From Candidatus Kaiserbacteria bacterium (GTDB taxonomy: Bacteria > Patescibacteriota > Minisyncoccia > Phycocordibacterales > JABMNX01), in the NCBI GenBank assembly GCA_016186705.1, contig JACPLB010000003.1, forward strand, positions 18,508 through 82,507: a stretch of 64,000 nt of DNA. The letters run 5' to 3'. This document shows, piece by piece, positions 34,961 to 43,393 of this stretch; positions within the stretch are counted from its first letter, which is position 1; each line of letters opens with the position of its first letter. The notes under the pieces are model-generated. The model ran no database searches and was not told the origin of the DNA. It saw only the letters and a program-made list of their open reading frames with translations. The translations under genes were made by a program, and so were the position numbers.

Positions 34961-36382
34961 ATGCAATACTCACGCCACAACAGGGGATACATCACAATAC
35001 TGGTTCTGGTATTTGCCGGTGTTTTTGTTGTCATTATCTCGGCACTCACCGGCTACATTTTTGCCCAAAATAAACTGCAATTTGCCAAAGAAAATCGCGA
35101 CAAAGCCCTTCATATCGCCGAGGCGGGACTCAATTACTACAAATGGAGACTCTCTCACTTCGAGAATGACCTTCAAGATGGTACTGGAGGACCCGGTCCA
35201 TACGTTCATACATATTATGACCCGGAGGGCGGTGACATCGGAACATTTTCCCTTGACGTTGACGGCAACGAACAGTGCGGCTCAATCCGCTCGATTGACA
35301 TCACTTCAACAGGCGCAAGTGCGGCTGACCCGACCTTGACCCGCACCGTGTCGGCAACATACGCGCGGCCATCGGTATCCGAATATGCCTACATCATCAA
35401 CAGCAATGTCTGGGCGGGGTCTGACCGTGTTATTACGGGACGATACCACTCAAATTACGGCATTCGCATGGACGGCACGAATCAGTCGCTTGTCACGAGC
35501 GCCATATCAAGCTGGACCTGCACGTCGAGTTTTGGTTGCAGTCCCGACCAAGTGCAAAACGGCATCTTCGGAGCTGGTCCGAATTCAAACGAATGGGACT
35601 TTCCGGTTCCCCAAGTTGATTTTGCCGGCATATCATCCGACCTCTCTGACATGAAAACGAGGGCGCAGAGCTACGGTCTCTACCTTGCCTCAACAAGTCC
35701 GTATGGCTACCATCTCACGTTTAAGAACAACGGCACCGTTGACGTATTCAGAGTTGATAATGTGAGTTCGACAAACGCGTGGATTTACAACCCATCATCG
35801 GGGCAGTATGAAGAAACGGCAGTCTACGACACCATAACCTCGGAAGCGTTTCTTCAAACATACACGCCGTCTGTGTCATGTGCACTTGTTCTTGCCGAAG
35901 ACCGGCTGTGGCTTGATGGAGTGGTAAGCGGCAAAATTACCGTCGCGGCGGCGGATGTGGCGGACCCGAATAACGAAGTTGACATCATACTAAACGGCAA
36001 CATTGACTACGTAAACCCGACCGGTTCAACCGATGGGCTGACGGCGATTGCCGAGCGTAGCATTCTCATACCGCTCAATTCGCCGGACAATATGACGCTC
36101 TCCGGTATTTTCATCGCCCAGAACGGCAAATTCGGACGTGAATTCTTTTCCACTGTCACGTATCCTGCAAATGCGAAGAGAAACTCATTAACCATGCGGG
36201 GAACTATTGTTTCGAACAATCGCGAAGGTACAAAATGGACATGTCCTCCCGACCCGTGGTGTTCGGGATACGGAACCCGCGTGAACTCCTATGACAGTAC
36301 CCAAGAGATCAATCCGCCCCCTCTCACTCCGTATACAAGCCAGGATTACAAATTCGTACTTTGGCGCGAGGAAGCATTGTAA
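34961..36382 (+). CDS. PilX-like pilus assembly/tip protein
   Basis: The N-terminus HNRGYITILVLVFAGVFVVIISAL fits the PilX_N pattern. The start is placed at the internal Met to avoid overlap with the upstream gene. Confidence 0.6.
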   Translation: MQYSRHNRGYITILVLVFAGVFVVIISALTGYIFAQNKLQFAKENRDKALHIAEAGLNYYKWRLSHFENDLQDGTGGPGPYVHTYYDPEGGDIGTFSLDVDGNEQCGSIRSIDITSTGASAADPTLTRTVSATYARPSVSEYAYIINSNVWAGSDRVITGRYHSNYGIRMDGTNQSLVTSAISSWTCTSSFGCSPDQVQNGIFGAGPNSNEWDFPVPQVDFAGISSDLSDMKTRAQSYGLYLASTSPYGYHLTFKNNGTVDVFRVDNVSSTNAWIYNPSSGQYEETAVYDTITSEAFLQTYTPSVSCALVLAEDRLWLDGVVSGKITVAAADVADPNNEVDIILNGNIDYVNPTGSTDGLTAIAERSILIPLNSPDNMTLSGIFIAQNGKFGREFFSTVTYPANAKRNSLTMRGTIVSNNREGTKWTCPPDPWCSGYGTRVNSYDSTQEINPPPLTPYTSQDYKFVLWREEAL

Positions 36383-36400
36383 TATGCTAAAATTACTTTC

Positions 36401-37165
36401 ATGAAAAAACTCCTTATCGCGAACTGGAAAATGAATCCGGAAAGCATTGCGGAAGCGAAAAATCTTTTTATGGACGTGAAGAAGGTGGCAAGCCGTCTTA
36501 ACGGGGTAGAAACTGTCATTGCTCCTCCGTACATTTTCCTTGCCGAGCTTCGCCGGCTCTATACGGGGAAACGCGTTATGTTTGCCGGTCAGGACGTGTT
36601 TTGGGAAGAGAAAGGGGCGTTTACCGGAGAGATAAGCCCCTCCATGCTCAAAAATATCGGGGTCTCATACGTGATTGTCGGGCACTCCGAACGGCGCGCT
36701 CTTGGCGAAAGCGATGAAATAGTGAATCAAAAGGTTCTTGCGTCAGCGCGCGCGGGACTCAGAGCCGTCGTATGTATCGGCGAGTCGACTCGAGACCATA
36801 CGGACGGGGCACATCTTATTTTTCTTGCAGGTCAGGTTGAGTCGGCACTCGCGGGCCTTGGAGGGAAAATGCTCTCGCGCATCGCGATTGCGTACGAACC
36901 GATATGGGCGATTGGAAAGAGCGCTGAAGACGCGATGCGCCCCTTTGAGCTTCATGAGACGGTGCTTCTGATTAGGAAGACGCTGGCGCGGAAATACGGG
37001 AAAGCGCATGCGATGAGGGTCCCCGTTCTCTACGGCGGGTCCGTGGAAAAAGAAAATACTCTTTCGCTTCTTACCGACGGAGCGGTAAACGGGTTTTTGG
37101 TGGGTCACGCGAGTCTCTCCGGTCCCAAGTTTAACGACATCTTACGCGTCGCACATTCAGCGTAA
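36401..37165 (+). CDS. tpiA: triosephosphate isomerase
   Basis: The motifs are ANWKMN and GHSERR, and family similarity runs the full length. Confidence 0.95.
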   Translation: MKKLLIANWKMNPESIAEAKNLFMDVKKVASRLNGVETVIAPPYIFLAELRRLYTGKRVMFAGQDVFWEEKGAFTGEISPSMLKNIGVSYVIVGHSERRALGESDEIVNQKVLASARAGLRAVVCIGESTRDHTDGAHLIFLAGQVESALAGLGGKMLSRIAIAYEPIWAIGKSAEDAMRPFELHETVLLIRKTLARKYGKAHAMRVPVLYGGSVEKENTLSLLTDGAVNGFLVGHASLSGPKFNDILRVAHSA

Positions 37166-37170
37166 TTTTT

Positions 37171-38271
37171 ATGAAAAGAATTCAAGACGAATCGGACCTG
37201 CGGGGGAAAAAGGTGCTCGTGAGGGTTGATATTGACGACGCGCTCGTTAACTCGTTTCCAATCCGCGCCGTACTGCCGACGCTCTCTTTTCTCCGAAACG
37301 CCCAGGCAAAAATCGTCCTCCTTACGCATGTGGGGAGAGACTCGCATGCGTCCTCGGAGAAGCTTTTCAAAGCTCTTCAAAAAGAAATAACGCTTGATTT
37401 TGTTCCCGATGTTATCGGAGCAAAAGCACGGAACGCCATTTCAAACATGAAAGACGGGGACGTGCTTCTTCTTGAGAACATACGCCGCGAACAGGGGGAA
37501 ATAGAGAATAGTGGCAGCTTTGCACGCAAGCTTGCGGGACTCGCGGACATCTACGTAAACGACGCGTTTGCGGTCTCTCACCGACAACATGCCTCAATTG
37601 TCGGCGTGCCGAAATACCTCCCGAGTTTCGCGGGACTGCGGCTTCAAGAGGAAATAAAACATCTCTCACGAGCTCTTTCTCCGGAACATCCCGCGCTTTT
37701 TATCATCGGCGGAGCGAAAATCGAGACTAAACTGCCGCTCATAAAGAAATTTCTTGAGCTCTATGACACGGTGTTCATCGGAGGGGCGCTTGCCAACAGT
37801 TTTTTCAAGGCGAAAGGTCTTGAAATAGGGGATTCCATTGTCTCCGAAAGCGATATAGACATCACGTCTCTTCTTGATAATAAAAAAATTATTCTTCCGG
37901 CGGACGCGATAACGAAAACAAGAGATGGAATCGTGACAAAAAGTGTAACGGATATTAAGCCGGGAGAAAAAATGCTTGATGCGGGAGAGGCGACGGTGGC
38001 GGAACTTATTCGGCAGTGCGCGAAAGCGAAATATGTGTTATGGAACGGTCCTCTCGGCATCTATGAGGAAGGGTATGACAAAAGTACGAAGAGTCTGGCG
38101 CAAGCAATCGCCGATTCATCGGCTCATAGCATTGTCGGAGGCGGGGATACGGCGTCCGCCATCGTATCTCTCTCTCTTGAAGAGAAGTTCTCTTTCCTTT
38201 CAACCGGCGGCGGAGCGATGCTTCAGTTTCTTCTTGAGGGAACACTTCCCGGAATTGAGGTATTACGTTAG
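37171..38271 (+). CDS. pgk: phosphoglycerate kinase
   Basis: The motifs are VLVRVDIDD, LENIRRE and GGGDT...A, on a full-length PGK fold. Confidence 0.9.
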   Translation: MKRIQDESDLRGKKVLVRVDIDDALVNSFPIRAVLPTLSFLRNAQAKIVLLTHVGRDSHASSEKLFKALQKEITLDFVPDVIGAKARNAISNMKDGDVLLLENIRREQGEIENSGSFARKLAGLADIYVNDAFAVSHRQHASIVGVPKYLPSFAGLRLQEEIKHLSRALSPEHPALFIIGGAKIETKLPLIKKFLELYDTVFIGGALANSFFKAKGLEIGDSIVSESDIDITSLLDNKKIILPADAITKTRDGIVTKSVTDIKPGEKMLDAGEATVAELIRQCAKAKYVLWNGPLGIYEEGYDKSTKSLAQAIADSSAHSIVGGGDTASAIVSLSLEEKFSFLSTGGGAMLQFLLEGTLPGIEVLR

Positions 38272-38306
38272 ATTATTTCACGTTCAACTTTAATAAGAGA
38301 ATATCC

Positions 38307-38335
38307 TTGACATCCTATTGAAGATATGATATACT
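38307..38335 (+). promoter_or_regulatory. consensus sigma70 promoter (TTGACA, 17 nt, TATACT)
   Basis: The -35 TTGACA lies at 38307-38312 and the -10 TATACT at 38330-38335. A roughly 65-nt leader containing a gggga-gattat-tcccc hairpin and a GGAGG SD follows. Confidence 0.65.
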
Positions 38336-38406
38336 TTAAGGTAGACATTTGAGGGGAGATTATCCCCAGTCATCCCATTCACCCTATTATCCCATGGAGG
38401 ATAATC

Positions 38407-38820
38407 ATGGTTCAGTTCACAGACATTATTACTGAAATCCGCAACCTGCAAGCGAAGGATGAAACGAAGAGAAAAGCCGCTGACAAAGCGGCGAGTGACC
38501 TGAAAAGAAAGGTCCGAGAGTTGACTGATATGTGCAGGCCGCACTGCCTTGCCGCGGTCAAGCGATATAATCGCAATGCATCGCTGAAGATCGTATCCGA
38601 AAGTGTCAAGCTCAGTTTTAATCTTGACCAGGGGAAGCTCTCGCTTCACATGCGCCTCGTGCATCTAAACGGAGTCGAACCCGACGAGTCTTTGGAATCC
38701 AAAGACGAGAAGGTTATGGGTCAAAAACTCGGCCGCCTTCTTAACTCAAGACTCGCTAAGGCAGGCATTCCGCTGAGGTTAAAAGAAGTCCAGGTTCCTT
38801 CGGACTACTTCCCCAAATAA
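38407..38820 (+). CDS. hypothetical protein (137 aa) with strong expression signals
   Basis: It has a consensus promoter, a GGAGG SD and an intrinsic terminator. I recognise no family. Confidence 0.6.
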   Translation: MVQFTDIITEIRNLQAKDETKRKAADKAASDLKRKVRELTDMCRPHCLAAVKRYNRNASLKIVSESVKLSFNLDQGKLSLHMRLVHLNGVEPDESLESKDEKVMGQKLGRLLNSRLAKAGIPLRLKEVQVPSDYFPK

Positions 38821-38837
38821 GATATGGTGCTAATCAG

Positions 38838-38888
38838 TCCCGCACACCAAAGGAGTCCCGTACTCGCTTGTGTGCGGGGCTCTTTTTA
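38838..38888. terminator. bidirectional intrinsic terminator between convergent genes
   Basis: The stem cccgcacac...gtgtgcggg is followed by gctcttttta. Confidence 0.7.
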
Positions 38889-39296
38889 TCTTCCAACTTG
38901 TTTTCTTATTTTTTCACCGACTTCGGCCATCTCCCCTTCCTTGTACGGCGCTCCTTTCCAGTGTTTGAATCCGTCGTCATTGAATCGAGGGACGATATGG
39001 ACGTGCGAGTGGAACACAAGCTGTCCGGCGGCGCTCTCATTGTTCATAATAATGTTCACACCGTCCGCCCCGACCGCTTTTTGAATCGCGGGAGCAAGCG
39101 CACGCACTACTTTTATCATGGCAATCCAGTCTTTTTCTGAAATGTCATGTATGTTTCTTGAGTAATGCCGAGGCACAACGAGAGTGTGGCCGGGATTCGT
39201 CGGGTTAATGTCGAGAAAGGCAAACGTTTCTTCGTCCTCGTACACCTTTTCAGAAGGAAGTTCTCCCTTGATAATTTTTTCAAACACATCGTTCAT
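38886..39296 (-). CDS. HIT-family (histidine triad) nucleotide hydrolase
   Basis: The start is MNDVFEKIIKGELPSEKV and the HIT motif is HSHVHIVPR. The 311-aa ORF in the track is an upstream read-through extension overlapping recJ. Confidence 0.85.
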   Translation of the reverse strand: MNDVFEKIIKGELPSEKVYEDEETFAFLDINPTNPGHTLVVPRHYSRNIHDISEKDWIAMIKVVRALAPAIQKAVGADGVNIIMNNESAAGQLVFHSHVHIVPRFNDDGFKHWKGAPYKEGEMAEVGEKIRKQVGR

Positions 39297-39347
39297 ATAA
39301 GCATGCGTGATTGTATGATAACATTTCAGTAAAGGAAGCAGTAAGAG

Positions 39348-41069
39348 ATGGCAATGCACGCATACGCCTTGAAAAAGCCGCATACAGAAGAGGAGAAAAA
39401 CGAATTGAAAGAATATCCGGAACTTCTCCAGGAGCTTTTGATGAATCGAGGGGTGAGGACGAAAGAAGAGGCGGATACATTTCTCAATCCCAATTACGAC
39501 ACTCATCTCCACGACCCGTTTTTGATAAAAGACATGGGAAAAGCGGTCTCCCGCATTCTTCGGGCGATTGAAAAGGGCGAGCGTATCGCGATTTGGAGCG
39601 ATTACGACTGCGACGGCATTCCGGGAGGAGTGCTTCTCCATGATTTTTTCAAAAAAATCGCTTATGCAAACGTGCTCAATTATATTCCGCATCGCCACAA
39701 CGAAGGGTATGGTCTCAACGTAAACGCAATCGATACACTCAAAGGAGATGGAGTCTCCCTTATTGTGACGGTGGATGTCGGCATTACGGATGTGGAGCAA
39801 GTGAAGCATGCAAACAAACACTCAATTGACGTCGTCATCACCGACCACCATTTGCCGAACGGGACATTGCCGCCTGCGTACGCAGTCGTGAACTCAAAGC
39901 GTGAAGATGACACATACCCGTTTGACCAATTGTGCGGCTCCGGAGTCGCGTACAAGCTTGTCCAAGCCCTCATTCAAAAAGGAGACTTCGGTCTTACTCC
40001 CGGATGGGAAAAATGGCTCCTTGACGTCGCGGGACTCGCGACAATTGCCGACATGGTGCCACTTGTCGGAGAAAATCGCGTGCTTGCCTACTACGGGCTT
40101 AAAGTCCTGCGCAAGTCGCCCAGGAAGGGTCTCATAAAACTCTACCGGAAAATGAATCTGGAACAGCGGACTATCACCGAGGACGACGTCGGTTACATGA
40201 TTGCACCTCGCATTAACGCGGCTTCCCGCATGGACAGGCCGGAAGAGGCGTTTCGACTCCTCGCGACCGATGATGACGTCGAAGCGGGAATACTTGCCGA
40301 CCATCTCCATAAAATCAACAACGAACGGAAAGGAACAGTCGCCGCAATGGTGCGTGAAATCAAGAAAGAGGTCGGGAGTCGGGGAGAGAAGGATGTCATT
40401 GTCATCGGAAACCCAAAGTGGAGGCCGGCGCTCCTCGGACTTGCCGCGAACACGCTCGTTGAAGAGTATGGGAAGACGGTGTGCCTGTGGGGAGAAGAAG
40501 GTCTCTCTACGCAGGCAGGCGGAAGAGTTCTCAAGGGCTCCTGCCGTTCAAACGGGAGCGTGAACGTGGTTGAACTGATGAAGCGCTCCGAGAGTATTTT
40601 GATTGAGTACGGCGGACACCAATTTTCGGGGGGCTTTTCGGTGACGCGCGAGCACATTCATCGGCTTGAAGAAGTGTTTCTTGATTCCTACACGCACGCG
40701 AAACAAAAAGAACATGATACTGCTATCGTCGTCGATAAAAAGCTATGGCTTGATGATGTTACGTCAGACACTTATCGGCTCATTGAGCGCCTCGCGCCAT
40801 TCGGTGAAGGAAATCCAAAGCCGACATTTCTTTTTGAAGGAGTGGAAATCTCCGGTGTGCGCCATTTTGGAAAAGGGAATGACCATCTTGAGCTTACCTT
40901 TCAAAGCGAGAACGGGAAAACGATTCCGGCAATCGTTTTCTTTAAAGGAGAAAATGATTTTAACGTCACAATCAAGCCCGGAGCGAAAATACATCTCGTT
41001 GCGCACATCGAGCACTCGACATTCGGACGAACACAAGGGCTTCGTTTGCGGATTGTGGATATACGTTAA
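39348..41069 (+). CDS. recJ: single-stranded-DNA-specific exonuclease RecJ
   Basis: DHH motifs are IAIWSDYDCDGI, TVDVGITD and ITDHH, followed by a DHHA1 domain (GGHQFSGG). Confidence 0.9.
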   Translation: MAMHAYALKKPHTEEEKNELKEYPELLQELLMNRGVRTKEEADTFLNPNYDTHLHDPFLIKDMGKAVSRILRAIEKGERIAIWSDYDCDGIPGGVLLHDFFKKIAYANVLNYIPHRHNEGYGLNVNAIDTLKGDGVSLIVTVDVGITDVEQVKHANKHSIDVVITDHHLPNGTLPPAYAVVNSKREDDTYPFDQLCGSGVAYKLVQALIQKGDFGLTPGWEKWLLDVAGLATIADMVPLVGENRVLAYYGLKVLRKSPRKGLIKLYRKMNLEQRTITEDDVGYMIAPRINAASRMDRPEEAFRLLATDDDVEAGILADHLHKINNERKGTVAAMVREIKKEVGSRGEKDVIVIGNPKWRPALLGLAANTLVEEYGKTVCLWGEEGLSTQAGGRVLKGSCRSNGSVNVVELMKRSESILIEYGGHQFSGGFSVTREHIHRLEEVFLDSYTHAKQKEHDTAIVVDKKLWLDDVTSDTYRLIERLAPFGEGNPKPTFLFEGVEISGVRHFGKGNDHLELTFQSENGKTIPAIVFFKGENDFNVTIKPGAKIHLVAHIEHSTFGRTQGLRLRIVDIR

Positions 41070-41094
41070 CTGTTTATTATAAGGAGTACGTTTT

Positions 41095-41511
41095 ATGACT
41101 GACATAACCATTTACACGGACGGAGGTGCGCGAAATAATCCAGGACCGGCGGGAGCCGGCATCGTTATTATTGATAAAAACGGAAAGACACTTAGGGAGG
41201 TATCGAAATTTCTCGGAACGCAGACGAACAACTGGGCGGAGTATGAAGCAGTCGTTCTCGGATTTAAGGAAGCAAAGAAATTGGGGCTTAAAGGGAAAAA
41301 GATTGAGTTTAAGCTTGACAGCGAGCTTGTCGCGGAACAGCTCTCCGGACGCTACCAGATAAAGGAGCCGTCTCTTTTCGGACAATTCATTGCCGTGCAC
41401 AATTTTCGGGTTAAAGATTTCCCGCGCGTGACGTTTACACACATTCCTCGAGAAAAAAACAAGAAAGCGGACTCTCTCGCAAACGAAGCGATGGACCAGG
41501 GCGAGCGGTAA
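41095..41511 (+). CDS. rnhA: ribonuclease HI
   Basis: The start is TIYTDGGARNNPGPAGAGIVI, and the catalytic residues ...EYEAV... and ...ADSLAN follow. Confidence 0.9.
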   Translation: MTDITIYTDGGARNNPGPAGAGIVIIDKNGKTLREVSKFLGTQTNNWAEYEAVVLGFKEAKKLGLKGKKIEFKLDSELVAEQLSGRYQIKEPSLFGQFIAVHNFRVKDFPRVTFTHIPREKNKKADSLANEAMDQGER

Positions 41512-43004
41512 TGCAATCATTTCTCTACGCAGTCATCGGCGGGTTTGCATTCGGAGTTCTCTCCCGCTCACTTTTTAATTTCGGCGTCTACCTCTCGCTT
41601 TTTGTCGTTATTCTCGGCATGCTGGTTCTATCGTTTGCCCTTCTTGTTCGGGAGAAAAGAAGAGTTCTCATTCTGGGTATTCTCGTTCTTTCAATGGGTT
41701 CAGGACTTCTTCGATTCGACATCGCTGATATGAAAAAGGGAAGTGCCGTGCTTGAAAAATCGGTGAGTGCTCGCATTGCCGCGGAAGGCATCGTGATTGA
41801 CGAACCCGATGTCCGCGAGCGAAATACCAACTACACGGTTCTTCTTGAGAATATTTCTGGAGAAAACGTTAGAGACAGGGTACGTATCGTCGTAGAGTCG
41901 TATCCTCAATTTCAGTATGGTGACAGAGTGTCGATACGGGGAGAGCTTCAAAAACCGGACGGATTTACAACGGATAACGGCAGGTATTTTGACTACGGCG
42001 CTTTCCTCTCAAAGGACGACATTTTCTACCAGATGCTTTTCCCGACAGTCGACCTTACATCTGAGGGGCACGGCAATCCCATCAAACGCCGACTCTTCGC
42101 ATTTAAAAGAAGTTTTCTTGAGAGTGTTCAAAAGAGCATTCCCGACCCGGAAGTATCCCTTCTCGGGGGTCTTGTGGTCGGAGCGAAGCAGTCGTTGGGA
42201 GAAAAACTCCAAGAGGATTTCCGCACGACCGGCATTATTCACATTGTCGTTCTCTCCGGATACAACGTGACGATTGTCGCTGATGCAATGATGCGCGCAC
42301 TTTCGTTTCTGCCGCGCACTGTCGGCATGTCGTTTGGCGCGGTTGCGATTATTCTCTTTGCGGTCATGACCGGAGCGTCGGCGACAATCGTTCGGGCGAG
42401 CATTATGGCGCTTCTTGTAATTCTTGCCCGCGCCACAGGACGCACATACGACATCACACGGGCGCTTTTTATCGCCGGCTTTTTCATGATTCTTCACAAT
42501 CCGAAAATACTCCTTCACGACACTTCCTTTCAGCTTTCGTTTCTCGCGACACTTGGTCTCATCTGGCTTGCGCCGATTATTGAGCGACGACTTCATTTTA
42601 TTCCGGGCAAGTTTCAATTTCGGGAAGTCGCAACCGCAACGCTCTCGACGCAAATCTTCGTGCTCCCGCTCCTTCTTTATAAAATGGGCGAACTCTCGCT
42701 CGTCGCGCTTCCAGTCAACCTTCTCGTTCTTCTCACCGTGCCCGTAACGATGTTTTTCGGATTTCTCACAGGCATGCTCGGGTTCGTGAGTCTCGTACTC
42801 GCACTGCCGTTTGGATTCATATCGTACCTCTTTCTTTCGTACCAGCTCCGAGTCGTTGAATTTTTCGCCGAGCTCCCGTTTGCGTCGGTCCATTTGAATG
42901 TTTTTCCTCTCTTTTTAATGCTTGGGCTCTATGGTTTCTACGCCATCGTGCTATGGAAAATACATAAAAATACTCCACTTGTTCCGTCAAAGAAAGACAT
43001 TTGA
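41511..43004 (+). CDS. comEC: ComEC/Rec2 competence channel protein (DUF4131 and competence domain only; no MBL domain)
   Basis: It has N-terminal TM helices, an OB-like DUF4131 region and the competence domain LLGGLVVGAKQSLGEKLQEDFRTTGIIHIVVLSGYNV. The ORF ends without a beta-lactamase-fold domain. Confidence 0.85.
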   Translation: MQSFLYAVIGGFAFGVLSRSLFNFGVYLSLFVVILGMLVLSFALLVREKRRVLILGILVLSMGSGLLRFDIADMKKGSAVLEKSVSARIAAEGIVIDEPDVRERNTNYTVLLENISGENVRDRVRIVVESYPQFQYGDRVSIRGELQKPDGFTTDNGRYFDYGAFLSKDDIFYQMLFPTVDLTSEGHGNPIKRRLFAFKRSFLESVQKSIPDPEVSLLGGLVVGAKQSLGEKLQEDFRTTGIIHIVVLSGYNVTIVADAMMRALSFLPRTVGMSFGAVAIILFAVMTGASATIVRASIMALLVILARATGRTYDITRALFIAGFFMILHNPKILLHDTSFQLSFLATLGLIWLAPIIERRLHFIPGKFQFREVATATLSTQIFVLPLLLYKMGELSLVALPVNLLVLLTVPVTMFFGFLTGMLGFVSLVLALPFGFISYLFLSYQLRVVEFFAELPFASVHLNVFPLFLMLGLYGFYAIVLWKIHKNTPLVPSKKDI

Positions 43005-43096
43005 AATGTCATACGGGCGTTATTCCCGGAAACACAGGCGTTTTTGTTCAAGGTTTGATATACTCTTTCTATATCGGAAGTTAATAAAAAATATCT

Positions 43097-43348
43097 ATGC
43101 CAGCACAAGCAATAGCTCTCGGAGGAATAGTTGCAATCGCGCTTGCGGGAGCGGGAGTCTACGTCGCGCAAAACCGCATCGAGATTTGCCACGCAACCGA
43201 CTCGGAGCAAAAACCGTGGCAGATTATCAAGGTAAGCGAGCGCTCATGGCCGGCGCATCAAGCGCACGGAGACAAGTACCCTATTCCGCAGGGGGGATGT
43301 GATGCTGTGGAAACTCCTCCACCTCCAGGTCCCGGAGGCCAATTTTAG
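43097..43348 (+). CDS. hypothetical small membrane protein with Cys/His-containing tail
   Basis: One TM helix is followed by ICHATD...HQAHGDK...GGCDAV. It is convergent with the Cu-ATPase. Confidence 0.4.
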   Translation: MPAQAIALGGIVAIALAGAGVYVAQNRIEICHATDSEQKPWQIIKVSERSWPAHQAHGDKYPIPQGGCDAVETPPPPGPGGQF

Positions 43349-43393
43349 ATATTTTCACGGGGAACACCGCTGAGTGATGTTTCCTGCGGAAAT

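Noticed and set aside
38886-39821. The 311-aa minus-strand ORF in the track.
   Set aside because: Only the C-terminal 136 aa form the HIT domain, starting at MNDVF. The upstream 175 codons have non-protein-like composition and overlap the recJ promoter and 5' coding region. I truncated the gene to 38886-39296.
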